The position numbers and the translations under genes are program-made. DNA of 64,000 nucleotides from a virus (lineage: Duplodnaviria > Caudoviricetes), in the IMG/VR virus record IMGVR_UViG_3300042444_000560, positions 862-64,861 of that record; one strand, 5' to 3'. Every line of letters begins with the position of its first letter. The stretch's first letter is position 1. The notes under the pieces were generated by a model. The model ran no database searches. It saw only the letters and a program-made list of their open reading frames with translations, and was not told the origin of the DNA. Shown here in pieces: positions 28,301 to 37,643 of this stretch.

Positions 28301-31300
28301 ACGTCAGCCTCGACCATGCCTGGTATCACCTGCCGCATGAGCAGAAGCAAGCCGCGTTAGAGCGACTGCCGCACGTCAACATCAACGAGGAAGGGGAAAT
28401 CTCGCACAAGCATGGCCAGGGGACCGTAGCGAGCGGTTGGGACTGGTATCTCAAGCGAGAGGGCCAAGGCAACCCGATTAAGGCTGCGCGGGCTATCTGG
28501 CTCGATTCTGGAACGCTGTTCAACGATGAGCACCGATTCCTTGAAGTGCTGAAGCACGCCGGTATCGACACCAGCAATTTCCATTACGAAAGCCCGTGGC
28601 ATGAGCAGCCAGGGGTTCACCCTGCTTGGCTGTCGATTCAGAATCCGCTCGACACCGCGAATATTCCCGACCATGTTCACGACGCCCTGCATGCTGCTGG
28701 ACGGCTGAAGCGCGGCAAGACAGGCTCAGGGGCCGACCAGTGGGACAAGCGGCACGTCAGCGGCCGGGATTGGCTGCAACGACTGGCTGAGGATAAGCAG
28801 AACGGCACGGCGCACGCTTGGACCAGCATCCCAGACTGGGCGACTAAAACACTCAAGTCGCTTGGGTATGACGGGATTAAGGATATGGGCGGCAAATACG
28901 GCGGCCCCAAGCACTCTGTTTGGATTCCGTTCGGTCCTCATCAAATCAAGTCGGCGATGGGCAATCGCGGCACCTACGATTCTGGCAGCAAGAAAATCAC
29001 CTATGGGGCTGGCGGGCAGGTCGAGCGGTACAGCGCAGGGCACGGCTTCGAGGAGCTGCTGGCCCGAGCCGCCAAATACACCCAGAAGGGCGAGGGCTAC
29101 AACCGGAATATCCACGCCTCGGCCAATCGAGTCAAAAGCATGTTGGCTCAAGGCCGGCACAAAGAGGCCGCACATTGGGCAGAGGAGCTGAAATTGCGCC
29201 TCGATGGCTTGGAGCCCAAGCCAGCCACCAATCTATTCGGGGAAGCGGTCGAGCCTGCACCGCAACCAGCGAAGCAGCAAAGCCTGCTTGACAGCCAAGG
29301 CCAAGGGCTGTTGTTTTCTCGAACCGGGCAAACGCAGCGCGGACTGTTTGGCGATGACTACGAAGCCAAGCCGCTCGGAAAGCAGGAAAGCCACCTGCCG
29401 GCACCGCCTGAACCGCTCAAGCAGCACAAGCCGAAGCCGAATCAGCAATCGCTATTCTCGGCGGTGGCTGATGCGATGGGGGTCCGTGTGGAGCGCTACC
29501 AAAACAGCATCGAAGAATGGATGAAGCAGACAGAGGCCGAGCACCCAGAGGCCGCTAACCTGTTTGCCAGCGAACGCGACAACGCGATTCACCTGCACAA
29601 TATCGAAATCAACAAAGCCAATCGCGGCAAGGGGATTGGAAGCCAGATTGTCGCCAAGCTGCAAGCCTACGCTCAAAAGAAGCAGAAGCCGATTACCCTT
29701 GAGGCGGAATCAGAGCCCGGCAAAAAGGGAGCGCTCGACCGATTCTATAAGTCTGCTGGTTTCCAAAAGCCCGGCCGCCGACGCGATTACAGCCTCCCAG
29801 CGGGTCATACACACATTTGGCGACCCAAGACAGAGAATCACTCGGCCGGCGCGTCAATCGAGCGCTACGCAGCCGAGCAGGCCCCTTCTCCGTGGTTTCT
29901 CAAGAGCCGCGAACTACTGAAGCAGAAGATGGGCCAGCACGCCCCGGCAAGCCAAGTCCTTGCGCTGCTGAAGAACAACCAAATCAGCCCCGAAGAACTG
30001 GAATGGACCGGGCTGGAAAAGCACTTGCGAGCCAAGGGCAACAACCCAGTCAGCCAGCAAGAGCTGCATGACCTGATTGGGAAGTTTGGGGTGGAGGAGA
30101 GCGTGTTGGGGGATAAAGGCTATAGCCCCAATCTCCGCAAGTTCATCGACGATACTGGATGGCGGCCGGACGTTGACGGGCCGCTGGATTCCTATATTTG
30201 GGGCATGAGCGCCGAAGCTCATCAAGCAGGCCACGCTGATGCCGCCGAGGATTTAATGAACCTCGGCAACGAAGCCCATTTAATACCGAGCAGTAGTGAG
30301 CCGAAGTACGGCAAATACTCCTTGCCTGGCGGCGCGAACTATCGGGAAATGCTACTTAGGCTGCCGGATAAAAGCGGCAGTCCGCTGTCGCACTTAGAAC
30401 TGACCGCTTTGTCGGATTTGCGAGAAGTTGCGCAAAGAGTTGGTCATCAAAACCTCGGAGCGCTGCAGCAAGAGTACGACGAGCTGCTTGGCAGACGGAA
30501 CGCTCAAGAGCAAGGCCGAAAGCAGAATTACCACTCCTCCCACTGGGATGACCCCAACGTCCTCGCACACGTCCGCTACAAGGACTACACCGGGCCGGAC
30601 GGGAAGAAGCACCTACACATCGACGAGATTCAATCCGACTGGCACCAGCAGGGCCGGAAAGATGGGTATGACATTGCAATGACGCCCGAGCGGCAAGCCG
30701 AATACGACCGGCTTTCCAATGAGCTGCTTCAAGCTCGAAAGTTCCACAGCGAAGATATTGATTTCATCAAGAAGCAGTCGAGGAAAGGACTCGCTGACGA
30801 CGCAATCGAACAGATGCTGAAACAAAGACAGGCATCGCCGGAGCGTCAAGCCGCCGCGCAAAAAGAGCGGGAATTATCGGAGCAGTTAAAAGCCTATTAT
30901 CCCAAGGAAAATGCCGCCCCTGACGCCCCGTTTAAGAAAAACTGGCACATGCTGGCGATGAAGCGAATGTTGCACCATGCAGCCGCCAATGGTTACGACC
31001 GGGTGACGTGGACGCCAGGAGAGGAGCACGCCGACCGCTACAACCTGCAAAAGCATGTCGCGTTAATCGTGCATGAGCCGAGCACTGGGAAAATTAACGT
31101 GCTTGGCCACGACGGCTCTCCTGTGCTGCGTGGTAGCCACAAAGACGGAGTATTTCAGGCAGAAAGAACCGGACCTGACCGGCAGTTTCACGGCAAGCCG
31201 CTGCATGAAATTTTTGGTCACGAAGTAACAGAAAAACTCCTCAAAGCCGAGCCAGACTCGTTCACTGGACACGCCGCAATTTCCGGGGACGACCTGAAAA

Positions 31301-34300
31301 TTGGCGGCACTGGGATGCGGGCGTTTTACGACCAAATGCTCCCCGCCGATACCAACAAGCTCATCAAGCGGCACGGCGGCAAGGTCGGCCAGTTCGACCT
31401 GCACCTGCCGGACCATAGCGACGGCGGCGGGTTTGAAACCAAGCCTCCCCGGGCAATCAAGGTTCACGGGTTCGACATTACGCCCAGCATGAAAGCCGAA
31501 GCCACTGGCGGCAAGGGCCAGTCGATGTTCAGCGTTTACGAGGAGCCCGGCCTGCAAATCGAGCGGTACGAGCAAACCGGCGCAAACCCGCCAGGCTTGC
31601 AGCCCCGTTTCCGAATGGGTGCAGGCGAGCAGCGAGCGGCTGAGCAGTTCACCAAAATCCCAAGCACGAAGCCGCCTGCAATCTTCAGCTTCCTCGGTAA
31701 GGCCGCTGGGCTTGTCGGCAAGGCTGCTGGCAAGGCTGCCGGAATGGCCAAAGGGGCAGCGGGCCAAGCTGCCGACAAGGCTCTGGGCGCGATTCAACCG
31801 GCCGCCGATAAGCTGGCCGGCAAGATTGGGGGCGCTGCCGAAAGCCTCGACCGCAAGGGCCAAGCGGCGATGAGCAAGGTAGGAATGGCACCCAAGCCGG
31901 CACCGACACCCGCCAAGGCTCCCAAGGCGCAAGCAGGAGCAGAGAAGCCTGCTACCCAAGGCGTTAAGGCTGGGGCTCCGGTAAGGCTGGGCCAAGCCCA
32001 TGATATTCACGGGAACGGCCGGCAGATGATTCCCGAGGGCACCCAAGGCACCTACATCGGGCCGCACAGCCAGCCGGGACACGCCGAGGTCGAAATTGGC
32101 GGCATCCGGCACGTCATCCCAACGAAGTCGCTGGGTTACTCGGTCGAGCACACCGACCACAAAGCCATCGAGCAGCACAAGCAAACTCAGGCCGAACAGG
32201 CCCAAAAGCAAAAGCAGCTCACCGCACGGCAACGGGCTGAAGCGGTCCCCGAGGGCATGGAAAAGGCCGAGCGTAAAAGCCTGCATGTTTCCTCGCATGA
32301 CCTGCAACCGGGTGACGTGATTCACCACGGCGAACAAGGCGCACATCCCTACGGCCGAGTGCTGGAGGTCCACCCGGACGGCAAGCACGTCGTTGTCGAG
32401 GAGGCGACAAGCTCCAAGGGCTCGCCTGATGGGATTGCTACCACCGGGCGGCGATTGACCATCCTGGGCCATGAGAAGATGGAGGGGGGCGGCAGCGCCA
32501 CCCGCATGTTCCACACCAAGCGAGTCCCCGATGAAGCCCGCCCAATCGGGCAGCGGAAGGAATATCAGGAGTTTTTCGAGGGCGCAAAGCAACTCGGCGT
32601 CCATGACGATGTTGCTCACGAAATGGCGATGCAGCTCTGGGATGATTCCCAAGCGATGCGCACCCCCAAAGGCTTCAAAGATGGGGCGAAGGTGCAGACC
32701 GAGGAGCAGATGAAAGCTCCGTTCAAGGCCAACTGGCAGCAAGCCCAAGAGGCTAAGGACGCTAAAAACGCACCAGCTCCGGCACAATCCGCACCAGCCC
32801 AACCAGCCGCCCAAGCGGCAGCGCAGCCAAAGCCTCGCCATCACGTCAGCAACCTCCAAGCCGGCGATATGATTCGGCCGCTCAAGGGCTCGGAGTCGAA
32901 AGTAAACCTGCGTTACCTTGGCCCTGGCTCTAGCAAAGGCTTCATTGCTGTCGAGCACCCGCAGTTTGGCAAACAGGAAGTCTCGGTGAAGTCGGTTGGC
33001 CTGCTGATGCCCAAGCAAGGCGGGCGCAAGGTGCCGGCAATGTCCGGCCGCGACCAGATGGCCGAACGGGCTGCCATCATGCAATTCGACGGCGGGTTGA
33101 ATCGGAAGCAAGCCGCTCGGGCTGCTGTCATCGAGCGTGGCCGGCAGAACGCGCCAGACCTGCACCAAGTCAAGCGAAGCGACTTTGCCATGCAGCGGCA
33201 GGGCGTTTTAGCCAAGGACAAGCAGGGCAACGGCTTCCTGCTTTACGGCGGCAAGCGATACCCGCTTTCCCCAGCCGAGTTCGATGGCAATAAGTTGGCC
33301 AGTGACCCAGTAAAGATTCGGGAGCGTATTCACCGTGAGCAGATTAAAGCGCTTGCGACCAAAGACCCCGCAGCCGTGCCGGCACACGTCAAAGCGGAAT
33401 ACGAGCACCATTTTGACCGATGGGCCGGCAACAGCCCGTTTGCAAAAGGCGGCGGAAAGCAGCCGCAAAGGCAGAGCGCGAAGAATCAGCCAAATGTCGG
33501 ACAGATGAGTCTGTCGCCGGGGATGGCAGTCCAGCCACAGGCTCCGCAAACACCTCCGGTTCTACAGCCTCCGATTGAGGCTCGCCGGCAAGCCCAACGA
33601 GTCGTCAATGCCGACCCAAGGGGAATCGACACCGAGATTGACCCGAATCGCCCACAGGCTCAAATTGACCGCCGAGAAGCGGCCAATCGGGCTTTCATGG
33701 ACGCGATTGCGGCCAAGTTTAATCAGAATCAACCCGCTGGCGGTCTAGCAGCGAGCCCACCGCCTACTCAGCCAGTCGTGGCTGCGTCTGCACCGCCAGC
33801 GGTTTCTAATCCAGCCCAGGAGCAAAAGACACCGCTCTGGCAGCTCACCCGCCCGCACAAGATGGGGCGGAATGAGGTCAACGTCCAGTTTGACTCAGCC
33901 AAACAGCGCGACCTGCATGACTATGCGGCCAGCGTGGCCAATGCTCGCAGCTTCAGCGGCAAAGCTGGTCGAGGGAAACCAAACGGGGCCGAGCAGCAGC
34001 GGGCCAAGCTCAAGGCAGTAGCCGACGCCCACTTTGGCGGCGATATGGATGCTGCGCACCAAGAGGCGCTGCAAGTCCGAGCCCACGTCAAAGCCCACAT
34101 GGCCGGCGCGCAGGATGGCGACCACCGGGTTATCCCGCCGCTGGGAGTCCAGCCGGCCCAGCCACAGGCCCCCGAGCAACCGGCCGGCAGTGACACCATG
34201 CCGTGGGACCGACCAGCAGAGCCCAAGGCATTTAAGCCAGCCTCGCCAGAAAAGGCACAGGCGCACACTGAAGGCGTGCTCCGTGGCCACCTGAAAGAGT

Positions 34301-34887
34301 TTGCCCGGATGGAAGCAGGCAAGACCGAACGACTGCGCCAGCTCTGGAAGCAATATCGGGAGTCGATGGGCGTGCCGGCTGACCGGCGATTCAAAGATGC
34401 CAAGCAATTTGAAGCTCAAGTAGCTGGCGGTGCTGACCGTGAAGGCACGAAGATGGCTCGCAGTTTTGACAAAATAGCGCCAGAGCTTGCCAAAGAGGCG
34501 AGGATGCTTCTGGGTGGTGATGACAGCAGTAATAAAATCTGGGAGTTCCTGTCCGGCGACCCGCCTCAAGCCCTGAAATGGGACGATGACGAGCTGGCCG
34601 AGAAGTTCTGGAAGCGAGTCCACCCAACCTACGCCGAGAGCCTTGAGCGCATGAATCGCGGCGAGTCGCCATTGGAACGGCTCAAACTGGCCGACTTCCT
34701 CTCCGATTCGCATGACGATTGGCAAGAGTCAAGCCGATGGCAGGATGACACCGGGCCATATCAAGCCAGCGCAGCCACAAGCAACGCATTTACCGAACGA
34801 TTTTCCGCAGCATGGTCCAGTCATGGGGGTGGTCGTGAAAAAGAAGGTGTCCGCCGCAGCCGCAAGCTTGCTCGCCGAGGCGGGTAA
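25333..34887 (+). CDS. Giant polyvalent protein (about 3180 aa): Zn-binding, ADP-ribosyltransferase-like, GNAT, EIQSDW-type and other domains
   Basis: ART-like FKSWFG..VFHGS..FFTDD..NPLD..GYDGI..QIKS (about 28020-29000); GNAT RGKGIG..FYKSAGF (about 29500-29830); SHW..NVLAHVR..DEIQSDW (about 29870-31530). Confidence 0.85.
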   Translation: MTLAERIAARLSGISTERFMFGLFGEGRMGEGGFGKLQILGKTKHVTRCQNCGRAGLKHAVVCAVVGEDGHPTNQYYYFGTDCAAKLAGKAEKDVEAEAEHQESSGRPRMKNLKPTKPNEGQMELSLRFAAAWQAHVERYGRVKPTKGQAAFDFDAMASAPQAEPAAGKPAAVEPPALPSKGKQMGLFDQPQAAAPAAKPASDWDEKKHPRWDAGDKQHHGGQFAPAQAEKPKAEVQSEPDYEAIAKKAISEGKGVLSLGREMGLSTQQHRNLWATWAAMASEEGDKSSMPLFKPAARKQEAPAEQPESEHQFPNLQWTPKHVGEMSYLHGLEMEAGGGLAHLRPSEKSRITAAKRSLTQERNKKPLFAEQIKEVQETPEARVAKYDDKYKEMKASSISSELASWKRLDEKLDSMPEADRKKILEHISQRQYLQDVTRAMGFINRDPIGEIAASEKKRAEIAAAKARQEQPAAQPAQFDFAAIVKEARAKGQNIHAAAREAGVPVTHENKRALMKAVNDLPPEEPKIGPGQARGQAKFNEARAKEERPAEFNNMTPIGKRLLEATRHMDDEKFKKFIREAAPVVRMNQARLMAQIDYDGLMKAKEFSGQAGFTNPDMPLLWPHDAATFPQANNPPAMNTTKPGDLLWSPTFSGTPALLQVVSRNGKKQKLKIISGPDEMMVGKTIDWHADQNNVMFREATAKEAKLFGPKPPQESPDGLPLFASSNTKEIPPQSGYQFPHLKWTPKHIGEFNGPFSLNKMADPEEWPYKEQQDYVARELPILKQIDEKLDAMPEADRKRIVEHLVQNPALQIDDHKVLSFLGNNPLQQIDAFERPYRERAAKQAAGKLAEPAGDGDKESHSLADEARELSERASRLVERYSEAGELQPGLKGQQDNHPHWETPEFKSWFGQSKAVQPTGKPLRVFHGSKRPDRIGSEFKANRATSGPMSFFTDDPDIASSYATGKRDTSLEMPESYAGWFKYKPQGSRGHVSLDHAWYHLPHEQKQAALERLPHVNINEEGEISHKHGQGTVASGWDWYLKREGQGNPIKAARAIWLDSGTLFNDEHRFLEVLKHAGIDTSNFHYESPWHEQPGVHPAWLSIQNPLDTANIPDHVHDALHAAGRLKRGKTGSGADQWDKRHVSGRDWLQRLAEDKQNGTAHAWTSIPDWATKTLKSLGYDGIKDMGGKYGGPKHSVWIPFGPHQIKSAMGNRGTYDSGSKKITYGAGGQVERYSAGHGFEELLARAAKYTQKGEGYNRNIHASANRVKSMLAQGRHKEAAHWAEELKLRLDGLEPKPATNLFGEAVEPAPQPAKQQSLLDSQGQGLLFSRTGQTQRGLFGDDYEAKPLGKQESHLPAPPEPLKQHKPKPNQQSLFSAVADAMGVRVERYQNSIEEWMKQTEAEHPEAANLFASERDNAIHLHNIEINKANRGKGIGSQIVAKLQAYAQKKQKPITLEAESEPGKKGALDRFYKSAGFQKPGRRRDYSLPAGHTHIWRPKTENHSAGASIERYAAEQAPSPWFLKSRELLKQKMGQHAPASQVLALLKNNQISPEELEWTGLEKHLRAKGNNPVSQQELHDLIGKFGVEESVLGDKGYSPNLRKFIDDTGWRPDVDGPLDSYIWGMSAEAHQAGHADAAEDLMNLGNEAHLIPSSSEPKYGKYSLPGGANYREMLLRLPDKSGSPLSHLELTALSDLREVAQRVGHQNLGALQQEYDELLGRRNAQEQGRKQNYHSSHWDDPNVLAHVRYKDYTGPDGKKHLHIDEIQSDWHQQGRKDGYDIAMTPERQAEYDRLSNELLQARKFHSEDIDFIKKQSRKGLADDAIEQMLKQRQASPERQAAAQKERELSEQLKAYYPKENAAPDAPFKKNWHMLAMKRMLHHAAANGYDRVTWTPGEEHADRYNLQKHVALIVHEPSTGKINVLGHDGSPVLRGSHKDGVFQAERTGPDRQFHGKPLHEIFGHEVTEKLLKAEPDSFTGHAAISGDDLKIGGTGMRAFYDQMLPADTNKLIKRHGGKVGQFDLHLPDHSDGGGFETKPPRAIKVHGFDITPSMKAEATGGKGQSMFSVYEEPGLQIERYEQTGANPPGLQPRFRMGAGEQRAAEQFTKIPSTKPPAIFSFLGKAAGLVGKAAGKAAGMAKGAAGQAADKALGAIQPAADKLAGKIGGAAESLDRKGQAAMSKVGMAPKPAPTPAKAPKAQAGAEKPATQGVKAGAPVRLGQAHDIHGNGRQMIPEGTQGTYIGPHSQPGHAEVEIGGIRHVIPTKSLGYSVEHTDHKAIEQHKQTQAEQAQKQKQLTARQRAEAVPEGMEKAERKSLHVSSHDLQPGDVIHHGEQGAHPYGRVLEVHPDGKHVVVEEATSSKGSPDGIATTGRRLTILGHEKMEGGGSATRMFHTKRVPDEARPIGQRKEYQEFFEGAKQLGVHDDVAHEMAMQLWDDSQAMRTPKGFKDGAKVQTEEQMKAPFKANWQQAQEAKDAKNAPAPAQSAPAQPAAQAAAQPKPRHHVSNLQAGDMIRPLKGSESKVNLRYLGPGSSKGFIAVEHPQFGKQEVSVKSVGLLMPKQGGRKVPAMSGRDQMAERAAIMQFDGGLNRKQAARAAVIERGRQNAPDLHQVKRSDFAMQRQGVLAKDKQGNGFLLYGGKRYPLSPAEFDGNKLASDPVKIRERIHREQIKALATKDPAAVPAHVKAEYEHHFDRWAGNSPFAKGGGKQPQRQSAKNQPNVGQMSLSPGMAVQPQAPQTPPVLQPPIEARRQAQRVVNADPRGIDTEIDPNRPQAQIDRREAANRAFMDAIAAKFNQNQPAGGLAASPPPTQPVVAASAPPAVSNPAQEQKTPLWQLTRPHKMGRNEVNVQFDSAKQRDLHDYAASVANARSFSGKAGRGKPNGAEQQRAKLKAVADAHFGGDMDAAHQEALQVRAHVKAHMAGAQDGDHRVIPPLGVQPAQPQAPEQPAGSDTMPWDRPAEPKAFKPASPEKAQAHTEGVLRGHLKEFARMEAGKTERLRQLWKQYRESMGVPADRRFKDAKQFEAQVAGGADREGTKMARSFDKIAPELAKEARMLLGGDDSSNKIWEFLSGDPPQALKWDDDELAEKFWKRVHPTYAESLERMNRGESPLERLKLADFLSDSHDDWQESSRWQDDTGPYQASAATSNAFTERFSAAWSSHGGGREKEGVRRSRKLARRGG

Positions 34888-35083
34888 GTATGTCGTGGTG
34901 AATCGCAAAAGCTGGCTCGCTCGTCTGCCGAAAGAGCAGCAGGACGCGATTATCGAGGCTTATCGGTCCATGCCCGGCACGGATATGGTGCTGATTGGCC
35001 TTATCAAGGCAATCCGCAAGACCTACGGCGTCACGGCGTCTGAAAGTGCCATCCGTATGACCCTGCGGGGGCTGGATAAGTGA
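34823..35083 (+). CDS. Small hypothetical protein
   Basis: Coupled to the phosphoesterase; start uncertain. Confidence 0.5.
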   Translation: MGVVVKKKVSAAAASLLAEAGKYVVVNRKSWLARLPKEQQDAIIEAYRSMPGTDMVLIGLIKAIRKTYGVTASESAIRMTLRGLDK

Positions 35084-36063
35084 GCGCTAAAGACCTGATT
35101 GAACTGGCCAGCGCTGAAGCAGGCGAAGAATCGCGGTACGCCCGTAAAGCCAGAAAGGCCGAGCAGGACTACAAGCGGCTGCAAGCCATTTGCGACCAGC
35201 AGGCCGAGCAGATTGAACAGCTCAAGCGGGCCAAGTTCAGCTTCTCCAAGCAGCGCCCAGCCAAACCCAGCAAGACCTACATTCGGTTTATCGTGCCGGA
35301 TACGCACGGGAGCCTGATTGACCCCAAGGCAGCGGCGGCGATGTTTGCTGACCTGGAGCAGATGGGCGATAAGGTGCGCGAAGTCGTGCTCCTTGGGGAC
35401 CATTTGGAGTGCGGCGGGTTTCTGGCGCAGCATCACGTCTTAGGTTACGTGGCCCAAAGCGAATACACCTTTGCTGATGACGTGGCGGCGGCCAATGCTT
35501 TCCTCGACCAGATTCAAAGACTCGCCCCCAAAGCCAAGATTTACTACCTAGAGGGCAACCACGAAAACCGCATTGAGCGGTGGGTGGTAGACCAAGTGGT
35601 CGGCCATGCCAGAGACAAAGCCTATCTACAGTCGATGTTCTGCACTGAATCCGTGCTGGGGCTCCAAGAACGGGGCATCGCCTTCCTCTCCTCGGGCGGC
35701 TTCTACGGGCTCCGGGTGCCAGGGGCAATCAAGCTCGGCAAGTGCCACTTCCTGCACGGAAGCAATCACGGCAAGGACGTGGCGCGGAAGATGGCGGGAA
35801 TGTTTGGCGGCAATGTCGTGTTCGCGCACGTCCACACTCAGCAGGCGGTCACGGTTCGCACGGTCACGGCCGGCGAGATTGGCGCTTGGTGTCCTGGCTG
35901 TCTCTGTTACCTGCAACCGCTCTATCGCCACAGCTCTATCACTGATTGGGGACTGGGCTACGCTTTCCAAATCGTTGATGCGAAGTCTGATGACTTCCTG
36001 CACTTGAACGTGCCAATAGTCGATGAGCGCAGTTTGCTGCGAGGCTTTTCCGGGGTGCTTTAG
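35080..36063 (+). CDS. Calcineurin-like metallophosphoesterase
   Basis: PDTH, LLGD, EGNHE, FLHG, AHVH motifs. Confidence 0.85.
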   Translation: MSAKDLIELASAEAGEESRYARKARKAEQDYKRLQAICDQQAEQIEQLKRAKFSFSKQRPAKPSKTYIRFIVPDTHGSLIDPKAAAAMFADLEQMGDKVREVVLLGDHLECGGFLAQHHVLGYVAQSEYTFADDVAAANAFLDQIQRLAPKAKIYYLEGNHENRIERWVVDQVVGHARDKAYLQSMFCTESVLGLQERGIAFLSSGGFYGLRVPGAIKLGKCHFLHGSNHGKDVARKMAGMFGGNVVFAHVHTQQAVTVRTVTAGEIGAWCPGCLCYLQPLYRHSSITDWGLGYAFQIVDAKSDDFLHLNVPIVDERSLLRGFSGVL

Positions 36064-36294
36064 CGTATCCCCAAATCACGTCCAACCAGTAGTCGGAGTC
36101 GTCGTCATCGAAGTCGAACATGGCCGCAGCTCCATTGGCCCCCGAGGACCATTTTAAGCCACCAGCCACCCGGTCAAAATGAATTTTCCCGAAAGGGAAT
36201 ATCCTATGATTGGCGGGTGTTTTCATCCCGAGCGGGAAAAGGCGATTCAGGGTTGATTGCAAGCCTGATTAACCGATAATTACCGCGAAAATCC

Positions 36295-36352
36295 GGCGAC
36301 TGAGCATCAGAGCCACTTTTCTGAGGGCAACCCCTTGGGGTGGTGGCTTTTT
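36295..36352 (+). promoter_or_regulatory. Leader motif copy 1 (GGCGACTGA-N4-CAGAGCCAC...GTGGCTTTTT) with terminator hairpin
   Basis: Shared with 47847-47903. Confidence 0.65.
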
Positions 36353-36369
36353 CTTTTGGAGTCTAGGCA

Positions 36370-36714
36370 ATGTCCTTTGTAGCTTATTCCAGTCCCAATG
36401 CGGTCATCGCCCTAAATCAAACGAAAAGCGCCGAGGTCAATACCCGGGGATTGCAGCCAATCGGCGTCCAGCTTCCAGCAGCGTTTACTGGGACTTCGAT
36501 TTCGTTTGAGCGGGCCAAGGCTTCAGGCGGCACGTTCGGGCCGGTTCAGAACGTCAGCGGGACTGGGCTTTACTCGGTCCCCTGCGCGGCTGGGCAATAC
36601 ATTCCGCTCGACCCGCTTGTAATGCTCGGAATCAACTTCTTGAAGGTCGTTAGCGGTTCAAGCGAGGGCGCAGAGCGCACGATTGAGGTTGTTTGCATCC
36701 CAGTGGCTCATTAA
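36370..36714 (+). CDS. Putative virion decoration / beta-sandwich protein
   Basis: Beta-rich composition; first gene of a structural operon. Confidence 0.55.
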   Translation: MSFVAYSSPNAVIALNQTKSAEVNTRGLQPIGVQLPAAFTGTSISFERAKASGGTFGPVQNVSGTGLYSVPCAAGQYIPLDPLVMLGINFLKVVSGSSEGAERTIEVVCIPVAH

Positions 36715-36729
36715 CAGTCGGGGTCAGTC

Positions 36730-37116
36730 GTGGAAGATACGCTGGTGAAGTGGCTGGAAAATCAAGGCCCGTTGTGGGTGATTTACGCGCTCACAATCGT
36801 CGGCATCGTGTCTGTTTTTCGGCAGCTTTTCAGATACCTGCCGATTCTGTTTGAGAAGCACGTTGCCCTGCTGGAAAGGACAACCAAGAGTGTTGCCGAT
36901 TCGGCAGAAGCCATCAGCCGGCTTGGTTCTGACGTGCGAGAAAACAGCAACGAAATCAACGAGACGCAAATCTCCATTTCCGAAGCGGCCAAGCCGTTTA
37001 GCAAGGCGCTGGTCGCAATGGCGGCCTCGGAATCGAAAGAGGAAGTTCGCCAGCACCTCGACGAAATGGAAGATATTTTGGCGAAATACACTCATAAGCG
37101 GCAGGTATCGGCATGA
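36730..37116 (+). CDS. Holin-like membrane protein
   Basis: One N-terminal transmembrane helix plus a coiled coil. Confidence 0.45.
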   Translation: MEDTLVKWLENQGPLWVIYALTIVGIVSVFRQLFRYLPILFEKHVALLERTTKSVADSAEAISRLGSDVRENSNEINETQISISEAAKPFSKALVAMAASESKEEVRQHLDEMEDILAKYTHKRQVSA

Positions 37117-37643
37117 GCGAAGAACTGGACCTGGACTTGCAACTTGGCTGCTTCTGTAACCTAGACGAGGAGTTGTCGTTTCATGCGATGGACTTCTCGG
37201 CCACTGGCCGGCAGTTCACCTTTGCCCTGCCCTACGGGAACTACCCGACTTACAAATGGGCAAACATGCCCAACCCTCAGACAGTCGCGGTGATTCGCGC
37301 TGCTTTCTCCGAGTTGTCCAAGGTCAGCGGCGCGAAGTTTGTGGAAACCAGCAAGACCAGCAAGGCGAATATCCGGGTCTACTTCAACAGCTCAATCGAG
37401 AACGGCGGCCAGTACGAGGGCAACGGGAAAATCAAGTTTTCGACCAAGCGCAAGCCGCCTGCGCCGATTGCCAAAGCCTGGGTTCAGCATGAAGTGATGC
37501 ACTATCTGGGTTATCGCTACGCGCCACCTGCCGACAAGTTCTATCACAGCCGCATTAAGACCGAAGTATTCCACGGGGACGGGGGCGGAGTCGTGCTGGG
37601 CGCTCACTTTACCAATTGGCTGCAATCAAGGTTTGGTCGATGA
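37113..37643 (+). CDS. Zinc metallopeptidase (matrixin/M10-like)
   Basis: ANIRVYF and HEVMHYLG (HExxH) motifs. Confidence 0.7.
   Translation: MSEELDLDLQLGCFCNLDEELSFHAMDFSATGRQFTFALPYGNYPTYKWANMPNPQTVAVIRAAFSELSKVSGAKFVETSKTSKANIRVYFNSSIENGGQYEGNGKIKFSTKRKPPAPIAKAWVQHEVMHYLGYRYAPPADKFYHSRIKTEVFHGDGGGVVLGAHFTNWLQSRFGR

Noticed and set aside
19540-33168. Long antisense ORFs (19540-21237, 25297-26322, 31063-33168)
   Set aside because: Shadow frames of GC-rich sense genes, with no recognisable motifs.
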